Shown: positions 21,929 through 29,000 of the stretch, piece by piece
Layout: every line of letters starts with the position of its first letter
Position numbering within the stretch: the stretch's first letter is position 1
Source: an uncultured delta proteobacterium
GTDB lineage: Bacteria; Myxococcota_A; Polyangia; Polyangiales; Ga0077539
Assembly (NCBI GenBank): GCA_903885885.1
Contig: CAISKJ010001284.1
Coordinates: 1 to 38,296, forward strand
DNA length: 38,296 nucleotides
Direction: 5' to 3'
The notes under the pieces: generated by a model
The model's database searches: none
What the model saw: the letters and a program-made list of their open reading frames with translations, nothing else
Told to the model about the DNA's origin: nothing
Translations under genes and position numbers: made by a program

Positions 21929-23088
21929 TCCCCAAAGAGGTCTACGAAGAGACGCTGCTGTCGTTCCTGGCGCCGATCAGGCCCTTTCTCGACGACCCGA
22001 AGGTCTCCGAGATCATGATCAATGGGCCCAACCAGATCTACATCGAGAAGTCGGGGCGGCTCACCCTCACCGAGGCGCGCTTTCCGAGCCTCGAGGCGCT
22101 CAACTCGGCGCTGCGTAACATCGCCCAGTTTGTAGGCAAGATGGTCGACGAGGATCACCCCATTCTCGAGGCCCGCCTGCCCGACGGCTCGCGCATCGAG
22201 GCCATCATTCCGCCGGCGGCGCCCGACGGGCCCGACGTGGCCATTCGCCGCTTCTTCAAAGAGACGCTCACCGTGAAGCGCCTCGTGGATTTTGGCTCGG
22301 TCACCCCCGACTGCGCAACGGTGCTCGAGTGCCTCGTGGCGCTCAAGCAGAACGTCGTGGTGGCCGGCGGCACGGGCTCAGGCAAGACCTCGCTCCTCAA
22401 TGCGCTCGGGTCGTTCATTCCCGACGGCGAGCGCATCGTGATCATCGAAGACAGCCGCGAGGTGCAGCTCCAGCGCGAGCACGTGGTGCAGCTCGAGGCG
22501 CGGCCCGGCGACGCCAAGGGCAAGGGCAAGGTCGCCATTCGCGACCTCTTTCGCGCGACCCTTCGTATGCGCCCCGACCGCATCGTGGTGGGCGAGATCC
22601 GCGGCGGCGAGGCGCTCGACCTCGTGCAGGCCATGACCTCGGGCCACGGCGGCTGCCTCACCACCGTGCACGCGACGTATCCCCACGACACCCTCACGCG
22701 CCTCGAGACCATGGCGCTCATGAGCGATGTGGAACTCCCGCTGTCGGCCTTGCGCATTCAGCTCGCGAGCGCGATCAACATCATCGTGCAGACGTCGCGC
22801 CTCGCCGACGGCTCGCGAAAGATCACGCACGTCTCCGAGGTGCGCGGCTACGACCCGAATCAGGGCTTCAAGATCGTCGACCTGTACCTTCGCAAGTTTC
22901 AGGGCCGCGACGAGCAGGGCAACCTCATCTCGACGCTCGAGCCCACCGGCGAGATGCCCCTGTGCACCGAGACCGTGCACTCGTACGGGATGCAGTTTCC
23001 TGCTTCGTTTTACGAGGCCGCGCGCGTGCGCGCCGAGATGGGCGGCGGCGAGGCGTGGTCGCAACACCAAGAGGGAGGGCACCACTGA
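21925..23088 (+). CDS. Second secretion ATPase (CpaF/VirB11/T2SS-E superfamily), no FHA domain
   Basis: ATGA overlap with the upstream gene. Walker A GGTGSGKTSLLN, IVIIEDSREV, and His box TSGHGGCLTTVHAT. 387 aa with a short N-terminal domain. Confidence 0.85.
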   Translation: MIPKEVYEETLLSFLAPIRPFLDDPKVSEIMINGPNQIYIEKSGRLTLTEARFPSLEALNSALRNIAQFVGKMVDEDHPILEARLPDGSRIEAIIPPAAPDGPDVAIRRFFKETLTVKRLVDFGSVTPDCATVLECLVALKQNVVVAGGTGSGKTSLLNALGSFIPDGERIVIIEDSREVQLQREHVVQLEARPGDAKGKGKVAIRDLFRATLRMRPDRIVVGEIRGGEALDLVQAMTSGHGGCLTTVHATYPHDTLTRLETMALMSDVELPLSALRIQLASAINIIVQTSRLADGSRKITHVSEVRGYDPNQGFKIVDLYLRKFQGRDEQGNLISTLEPTGEMPLCTETVHSYGMQFPASFYEAARVRAEMGGGEAWSQHQEGGHH

Positions 23089-24668
23089 TGGCCTCGCCCG
23101 CGGCGCCTGGCGCGCAGAGCAACACCATCTCGCTCACCATCGTGCAGGGCGAGAGCGCCAACCCCACGGCCACCTTCACGCAGGCCATGGCGGCCCGCAT
23201 GGTCTCCGTCGGCAGCGGCCCCAACGCCCATTGGAAGATCCGCGGACAGGGCGTCGAGGCCCTCCACGCCGAACTCTACTGGGACGGCAACGTGCTCTGG
23301 GTTCGCAACGGCGGCAGCCTCGGCGGCACCTACGTGAGCTCGCAGCGCGCCGACGATTGGACGCAGGTGTTCGACGGCACCGAGATCCAGGTGGGCGCGG
23401 TGCGCATCGCCTCGAAGGTCGTGGGCCCCGACGCGCGCAACCCCGCGGGGGCCGCCCCCGGCGCGTCGTCGCGCAGCGCGGGCTACATCGACGAAGAAGA
23501 GAGCACCATGGTGTTCTCTGCCCAGATGGTGCTCGACGGCGCCGCGGCGCCCATGGCCAGGCCCTCGAGCACGGCCCCGGTGCCGCAGCCCGCGCAGCCC
23601 GCCCCGGCGCGCGGCAGGGCGGGCACCATGGCGCCTCCCGTGGCGATGCACGCGCCCAACAAGCTCGGCCCGCAAGGCCCCGCGGCGTCGGCGCCCGCGA
23701 CGGCCTCGGCGCAGCCTCCGGCGCCCGCCCACGACGACGACGACGAGCCGCAGAAGCCCGCCTCGTCGGAGGCGACGGTGATCCGCGCGTCGCCCTACGC
23801 GGCCCTCGAAGCCGCGGGCATGCTCGGGCCGTTGCCGGCCGCGGGCAATCGCAACCCCATGCCCCTCGATCAGCGCACGATCGCGCCGGGGGCGCTCAAC
23901 GGTCCGTCGTCGGTGGTGGTGTCGCAGTCGGCCGTGTCGCTCCCCGCGATGACGCCGCAGGGGATGCGGCCGGGCACGATGCCGCCGCAGGTGTCGGCCT
24001 CGCTGCAGCCCGTGCAGTCGATGCCGCCGATGAACATGCAGCCGCAGCAGGGGATGTCGCAGCCCGGCGTGTCGCAGCCGGGCGCCTACGACGACCCCTT
24101 CGGCCCGATGGACATTCCCCCGCCCAGCGCCTCGCAGAGCGGCGAGAAGACCGTCGCGGGCACCTCGCCGCGCACGCTCATTCTCGCGGGGATCACCCTC
24201 GTCATCGGGCTCATCGCGGCCATCATGCCGCCGCCCAACCAGCAGCCTCGCAACGCCCCGGCGCGCCCGCAGCCGCAGGTGCTCACCGTCGGCGCTGCGC
24301 CTCCCACGACGAACAACATCTTGCAGTTGCCCATCTCGGAGCCGGGCCTCGTCGGGGTGATCGTGCCCGCGCCCATCCCGATGACCGACGCGCAGGGGCA
24401 CCCGCGCGCGGTGCCTCCGCCCAACCCGCAAGATCCCATGAAGCTCGCCGCCGAGGCCGTGGCGGCCAACCGCTACGCCGACGCGATGGTGCTCTACGAG
24501 CGCCTTGCGGCCGAGCACCCCGAGGCCCCGCTGTTTCGCCAATTCGCGGCCGTGCTTCGCGCGCGCGTCAACTCGATGAACTGCCAGCCAGGAGCGCCAG
24601 GATGCATCCCGTCGAACGCCCCCGTTCCGCCCTCCGTGCAGCCGCCCGGGGCGCGACCCTCGCCGTAG
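23088..24668 (+). CDS. FHA-domain protein with Pro/Gln/Met-rich low-complexity region, TM helix and TPR-like C-terminus
   Basis: ATG overlaps the ATPase stop by 1 nt. FHA-like core (MVSVGSGPNAHWKIRGQGVEALHAELYWDGNVLWVRNGGSLGGTYV). Low-complexity P/Q/M-rich stretch (PQGMRPGTMPPQ...MNMQPQQGMSQPGVSQPG). TM helix LILAGITLVIGLIAAIM. Confidence 0.75.
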   Translation: MASPAAPGAQSNTISLTIVQGESANPTATFTQAMAARMVSVGSGPNAHWKIRGQGVEALHAELYWDGNVLWVRNGGSLGGTYVSSQRADDWTQVFDGTEIQVGAVRIASKVVGPDARNPAGAAPGASSRSAGYIDEEESTMVFSAQMVLDGAAAPMARPSSTAPVPQPAQPAPARGRAGTMAPPVAMHAPNKLGPQGPAASAPATASAQPPAPAHDDDDEPQKPASSEATVIRASPYAALEAAGMLGPLPAAGNRNPMPLDQRTIAPGALNGPSSVVVSQSAVSLPAMTPQGMRPGTMPPQVSASLQPVQSMPPMNMQPQQGMSQPGVSQPGAYDDPFGPMDIPPPSASQSGEKTVAGTSPRTLILAGITLVIGLIAAIMPPPNQQPRNAPARPQPQVLTVGAAPPTTNNILQLPISEPGLVGVIVPAPIPMTDAQGHPRAVPPPNPQDPMKLAAEAVAANRYADAMVLYERLAAEHPEAPLFRQFAAVLRARVNSMNCQPGAPGCIPSNAPVPPSVQPPGARPSP

Positions 24669-25351
24669 CGTTGCTGCCCGTGCTCGGCGCGGGCTGCGGC
24701 ACGCAGCAGGGGCCCACGCTCTTTCCCATCACCCTGCGCGTGATGAGCGACGCGCGCCCCATGCCCGGCGCGCAGATTCTCATTCGCGACCGTGCGCAGG
24801 GCACCACCGACGCGCAGGGGTCGTTTCGCATGCGCATGACGGGCGTCGAGGGCGGCACCGTGCCCGTGACCGTGCGCTGCCCCAACGGCTTCGTCTCGCC
24901 CGCGGAGCCCGTCCCCGTCGCGCTGCGCTCGTCGATCGCCATCGACCGGGCCGCCCACGCCGCGGGTGGCATCGAGACGACGGTGCAGTGCCCTCCCGAC
25001 CAGCGCATCGCCGCGGTGATCGTGCGCACGCCCAACCGCGCCAACCTCCCGGTCTTCTATCAAGGCAGAGAGATTACGCGCACCGACCTGCAGGGCGTGG
25101 CGCACATGATCTTCAAGGTGCACCCGCGCGACGTGCTGATGTTTCGCGTCGACACCACCGCGCAGCCGCAGCTGCGACCGGCCAATCCCACGTTCAACGT
25201 CGCGACGCGCGAGGGCGACGACGTGTACGTGAGCACGCTCAACTTCGAAGAGGCTGCGGCTCCGCGGGTGGTGCGTCGCTCGACGGGCGGCGGCGGGCCG
25301 ATCATTCGTCGCATTCCGCCCGGGCGCGGCGGTGGCGGCGGGTTCTTCTGA
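24602..25351 (+). CDS. Lipoprotein with carboxypeptidase-regulatory/transthyretin-like beta-sandwich segment and Gly/Arg tail
   Basis: MHPVERPRSALRAAARGATLAVALLPVLGAGC (lipobox). ITLRVMSDARPMPGAQILIRDRAQGTTDAQGSF pattern. The C-terminus is RRSTGGGGPIIRRIPPGRGGGGGFF. The start overlaps the upstream gene by 67 nt in another frame. Confidence 0.65.
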   Translation: MHPVERPRSALRAAARGATLAVALLPVLGAGCGTQQGPTLFPITLRVMSDARPMPGAQILIRDRAQGTTDAQGSFRMRMTGVEGGTVPVTVRCPNGFVSPAEPVPVALRSSIAIDRAAHAAGGIETTVQCPPDQRIAAVIVRTPNRANLPVFYQGREITRTDLQGVAHMIFKVHPRDVLMFRVDTTAQPQLRPANPTFNVATREGDDVYVSTLNFEEAAAPRVVRRSTGGGGPIIRRIPPGRGGGGGFF

Positions 25352-25357
25352 CATCGC

Positions 25358-25831
25358 ATGGGAGGGCCGCGCACGATCACCCGGAGGGGGGCGCTAACGC
25401 TGGCGCTGGCGTTGGGCTGCGCGCGCGAGCGTGAGCCCGCGACGCCGGGTGAGACCGTGGCCGCGATGGTGAGCGCGCTCGAGCAGTCGGCGGGCGACCC
25501 CACGGCGCGGCGTCGGGTGTTCGCGCTGCTCTCGCACCGCGCGCAGGCCTCCCTCGAGTCGCGCGCGGCGCGGGCCTCACAGGTTTCGGGGCGCACCTTC
25601 GACGCGTGGGAGATGCTCGCGCCGGGGCGCGTGCGCATGCACGTTCAGTTTGACCCGGGCTCGATCTCGACGCGGATCGAGGGCGAGCGCGCCATGGTGA
25701 CGGCGCGGGGGCGCGCGGGGGGCGTGGCCGACATTCCCCTGGTGCGCGAGGCGGGACACTGGCGGGTTGATCTCAGCCTGCCTGACGCGGTGGCACCGCG
25801 CGGCAACGACCCGCGGCCCGACGCCCGGTAG
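25358..25831 (+). CDS. Small lipoprotein, unknown function
   Basis: RRGALTLALALGC is a lipobox. It is the last co-directional gene of the block, 6 nt after the previous stop. Confidence 0.55.
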   Translation: MGGPRTITRRGALTLALALGCAREREPATPGETVAAMVSALEQSAGDPTARRRVFALLSHRAQASLESRAARASQVSGRTFDAWEMLAPGRVRMHVQFDPGSISTRIEGERAMVTARGRAGGVADIPLVREAGHWRVDLSLPDAVAPRGNDPRPDAR

Positions 25832-25900
25832 CGCAGGGCGCGAGAGAATCTCCGCGCAGGGGGCTTGCCTCGCTCCGAGGGAGTGTGAAATTCTCTGCCT

Positions 25901-26086
25901 GTGGGCGGATTCACCGGTGTGAAGGTGTTCTCGGCGACGCGAGCCAAGGATCGCGAGGAGCTCGGCGAGGTGATCACGCGGTGGCTCCGGGCGAACCCGG
26001 GCTTCGTGATCGTCGACAAGGTGGTGACGCAGAGCTCCGACCGTGAGTTTCACTGCCTCACGATTACGCTCTTCTACCGGGAGTGA
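25901..26086 (+). CDS. Small hypothetical protein (61 aa)
   Basis: GTG start. Balanced, non-repetitive composition (KVFSATRAKDREELGEVITRWLRANPGFVIVDKVVTQSSDREFHCLTITLFYRE) looks like a real alpha/beta mini-protein. No family recognised. Confidence 0.4.
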   Translation: MGGFTGVKVFSATRAKDREELGEVITRWLRANPGFVIVDKVVTQSSDREFHCLTITLFYRE

Positions 26087-26101
26087 CGGGGCGCGAGCGG
26101 G

Positions 26102-28186
26102 CTACTTCGCCGACGGGGCGGGGGGCACGAGCGACGGGCGCGGGGCCTCGTTGCGGAGCGTGAGGTACGTCTGGTCTTTGAGGCCGCGCTCGTAGTCGTT
26201 GAGGAGGCGCATGCCCTCTTGCGGCTTGAGGCGGTCTTGCTTGATGGCCTGATCGATCTGGGCCTTGATCTTCGAGCCGAGCTCATTGGGGAAGTACTGG
26301 GTCATCGCCAGCACCTCGCTCACGGTGTTACCCGGGATGGTCTCTTCGATGTAGTACCCGCGGTCGTCGTCTTCATCGAGGAAGACGTGCACCTCGTTTA
26401 CGCGGCCGAAGAGGTTGTGCAGGTCGCCCATGATGTCTTGATAGGCGCCCGTGAGACAAATGCCGAGGTAGTACGGCCCCTTGGCCACGTCGTGCAGGGG
26501 GAGGGTGTCGCGCACGTCGTTGAGGTCGATGAACTTCGACACCTTGCCGTCGGAGTCGCAGGTGATGTCGACGAGCGTGGCTTGCAGCGTGGGGCGCTCG
26601 TTGAGGCGATGAATGGGCACGATGGGGAAGAGCTGCCCCAGCGCCCAGTGGTCGAGCAGCGACTGGAACACCGAGAAGTTGCAGATGTGCTGGTCGGCGA
26701 GCTGGGTGCGCAAATCACCGAGGTCTTCGGGCACCTGGTCGGGCTCGAGGGTGGCCGCGCGGCGCTCGATGGCCTCGGCGATCTCCCAGTAGAGCTGCTC
26801 GACGCGAGATTTTACCCGCAGGTCGAGGATGCCCAGTTCGAACATCTTCTGCGACTCTTCTTTGATGTCTTGAAGGTCGTGCCAGCTCTCGTTGAGGTTG
26901 CGGTCTGAGAGGTGGTCTTGCGTGTACACGAGGTCGCGCAGCAGCTTGTGGTCGGGCGACTGCTGCACGTACGTCTCGGTGGGCGTCTTCTCGATGGAGC
27001 CGAAGGCTTCGACGACGAGCACCGCGTGGTGGGCCACGGTGGCCCGGCCCGACTCGGAGACGACGATGGGGTGCTGCACCTTCTCTTCGTCGCACACGTC
27101 CATGATGTTGTAGACGATGTTGTCGGCGTACTCCTGCACGGAGTAGTTCATCGACGAGTGGAAGGTCGAGCGCGAGCCGTCGTAGTCGACCGCGAGGCCG
27201 CCGCCCACGTCGACATACTCGACCTCGTGGCCCATCTGACGGAGCTTGGCGTAGTAGCGCGCCGCCTCGCGCACCGCGCGCTTGATGATGAGAATGTCGG
27301 GCACCTGCGAGCCGATGTGAAAATGCAGGAGCTTGAACGACGACGACATGCCCGCGTCGGCGAGGATCTGCGTGGCCTCGAGGATCTCGGCTGTCGAGAG
27401 GCCGAACTTGGCGTTCTCGCCGCCGGAGGTGGCCCACTTGCCGGCGCCCTTGGAGAGCAGGCGGACGCGCAGGCCGATGAAGGGCTCGACGCCCATCTCG
27501 CGCGCCACGCGCACGATGGCGCGCACCTCGGCGAGCTTCTCGGCGATGAGGATGACGCGCTTGTTGAGCTTGCGGCCGATGAGGGCTGTGCGAATAAAAG
27601 CGTCGTCTTTGTAGCCGTTGCAGACGATGAGCGCCTCGGGGTCGGCGTGCTCGGCGAGGCCCGCGAAGAGCTCGGGCTTGGAGCCCACCTCGAGGCCGTA
27701 GTGAAAGGGCTCGCCGGCCGCGAGGATCTCTTCGACCACCTCGCGCAGCTGGTTGACCTTGATCGGGAACACCCCGCGGTAGGCGCCCTGGTACTTGTTC
27801 TCGACGATGGCGTGGTTGAACGCCTCGTTGATGGTGCGCACGCGGTGGTGAAGAATGTCTTGAAATCGAATGAGGAGCGGGGTCTGCAGGCCCTCTTCGA
27901 GCGCCTCGTTCACGACGTCGAGGATGGGGATCTTCGCGCCGATGTCTTGCAGCGGGGCTACGGTGAGGTTGCCGTCGGTGTTGACGCCGAAGTAGCCGCT
28001 GCCCCAACGCTCGATCATGTAGAGCTCGTTGGCGTCGTCGGTGGTCCAGGGGGGGTCTTCCTCGCGGTGGGGGAGCGGGGAGTCGTGATCTTCCAACGTC
28101 GTGGTCCTCGATCGCAGCGGTGACGAAGCGGTGATGTGCAGCGCCCCCTCCGCGCGGTGGAGGGATCGGACGCGCGCCGAATTCAA
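26102..28186 (-). CDS. speA: Biosynthetic arginine decarboxylase
   Basis: Full-length resemblance to SpeA: the N-terminal W..DDANELYMIERWGSGYFGVNTDGNLTV, the PLP region GVFPIKVNQLREVVEEIL, and ...HFHIGSQ.... The start is uncertain. A TTG near 28098 with a GAGGA RBS is an alternative to the ATG at 28186. Confidence 0.9.
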   Translation of the reverse strand: MNSARVRSLHRAEGALHITASSPLRSRTTTLEDHDSPLPHREEDPPWTTDDANELYMIERWGSGYFGVNTDGNLTVAPLQDIGAKIPILDVVNEALEEGLQTPLLIRFQDILHHRVRTINEAFNHAIVENKYQGAYRGVFPIKVNQLREVVEEILAAGEPFHYGLEVGSKPELFAGLAEHADPEALIVCNGYKDDAFIRTALIGRKLNKRVILIAEKLAEVRAIVRVAREMGVEPFIGLRVRLLSKGAGKWATSGGENAKFGLSTAEILEATQILADAGMSSSFKLLHFHIGSQVPDILIIKRAVREAARYYAKLRQMGHEVEYVDVGGGLAVDYDGSRSTFHSSMNYSVQEYADNIVYNIMDVCDEEKVQHPIVVSESGRATVAHHAVLVVEAFGSIEKTPTETYVQQSPDHKLLRDLVYTQDHLSDRNLNESWHDLQDIKEESQKMFELGILDLRVKSRVEQLYWEIAEAIERRAATLEPDQVPEDLGDLRTQLADQHICNFSVFQSLLDHWALGQLFPIVPIHRLNERPTLQATLVDITCDSDGKVSKFIDLNDVRDTLPLHDVAKGPYYLGICLTGAYQDIMGDLHNLFGRVNEVHVFLDEDDDRGYYIEETIPGNTVSEVLAMTQYFPNELGSKIKAQIDQAIKQDRLKPQEGMRLLNDYERGLKDQTYLTLRNEAPRPSLVPPAPSAK

Positions 28187-28258
28187 CGCAACCGTCGCCC
28201 TGCGTCAAGCAACGCCGACGGCCATCACCGCATCGTCACACTGCGCGGGGCGCGCGCC

Positions 28259-28435
28259 TCAGCGTCGACCCTTGAACCCCATCATGCCCTGCACCACCGA
28301 CTCGCTCGCCTCGGCGATTTCGGCGGCCTCGCGGGCGCGGTCCGCGCAGTCTTCGCAGAGCTTCTTCGACTTGCCGCCGACCTTCACGGTCTTGAGGCTG
28401 TCACTCTCGTCGCCACATCCCTTGCACACGGCCAT
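28259..28435 (-). CDS. Small zinc-ribbon protein (58 aa)
   Basis: MAVCKGCGDE...KKLCEDCADRA carries two CxxC pairs. It lies 72 nt upstream of speA on the same strand. The rest of track ORF 28259..29200 is Arg/Ser/Ala-rich shadow sequence. Confidence 0.5.
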   Translation of the reverse strand: MAVCKGCGDESDSLKTVKVGGKSKKLCEDCADRAREAAEIAEASESVVQGMMGFKGRR

Positions 28436-28496
28436 CGTGAGACTCCTCTCGTCGGTCGTATACCGCGACTCGGGGCCCGTGCGGTACCCTCGCGCG

Positions 28497-28964
28497 ATGC
28501 ACCCGTGGAGCCCGCGTGACGCATGGTCGCTCTTGTCGCCCGACGCCGACGCGCGCGTCGAGATGCCGCGCTGGATGCACGCCGCGCGGACCTTTCTCGA
28601 CGCCGAACTCTCGATGGTGGAGGGCGGCGGAGACGGTGAGATTCTCATCGGCGTGGCGCCCGCGCGCGCGGTGGCGAAGGTGACCGTGGTGCGGGTGCGC
28701 ACGATGCTGTTGAGCGATGCGCCCGAGGTGCTCGCGGCGGCCCACGCGGGCGTGCGCGCGATCGGCGGCGCGGGCATGGACGCGCTCGTGGCGAAGGCGC
28801 AGCGCGTGTGGCAGGTGGGGCGCGCGGTGGAGGGCGACGCGCGGGCGCCGCTGGTGCTGGCCGCGGCGCTGGCGACGGTGATGCTGGCGCCCGTGGTGCC
28901 GCCCGACGAGGTGACGATCTTCGGCGTGCGCGGCGCGCGGATGCGGCTCGAGCGGATGGGGTGA
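28497..28964 (+). CDS. Hypothetical protein (155 aa)
   Basis: ATG at 28497 within track ORF 28101..28964. Ala/Val-rich. No recognised motif. Coding status is moderate. Confidence 0.35.
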   Translation: MHPWSPRDAWSLLSPDADARVEMPRWMHAARTFLDAELSMVEGGGDGEILIGVAPARAVAKVTVVRVRTMLLSDAPEVLAAAHAGVRAIGGAGMDALVAKAQRVWQVGRAVEGDARAPLVLAAALATVMLAPVVPPDEVTIFGVRGARMRLERMG

Positions 28965-28982
28965 AGGGCGGGGGGGGAAGAG

Positions 28983-28996
28983 CCGCGGGAACGCGG
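28983..28996. terminator. Short GC hairpin CCGCG-GGAA-CGCGG between convergent genes
   Basis: 5-bp stem in the 36-nt gap between convergent stops (28964 plus strand, 29001 minus strand). Weak. Confidence 0.15.
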
Positions 28997-29000
28997 ACGG

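Noticed and set aside
13358-24542. Long minus-strand ORFs across the Tad locus (13358..16243, 961 aa; 18020..19675, 551 aa; 19848..20657; 20720..21925; 23010..24542, 510 aa)
   Set aside because: Same shadow-ORF phenomenon. They have Arg/His/Gly/Ala-rich low-information translations. The plus-strand frames encode recognisable CpaB, secretin, TadB/C, FHA and ATPase proteins.
21397-25351. Apparent giant ORFs 21397..23088, 22329..24668 and 22727..25351, suggesting 560-870-aa fusion proteins
   Set aside because: Their N-terminal halves are out-of-frame read-throughs of the preceding genes (Arg/Pro/Ala-rich). Sensible starts with overlap coupling or signal peptides occur at 21925, 23088 and 24602.
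26715-28208. 497-aa alternate-frame minus ORF and 403-aa plus ORF (26912..28123) overlapping speA
   Set aside because: The speA frame matches arginine decarboxylase end to end. The others are Arg/Pro/Gly-rich shadows.
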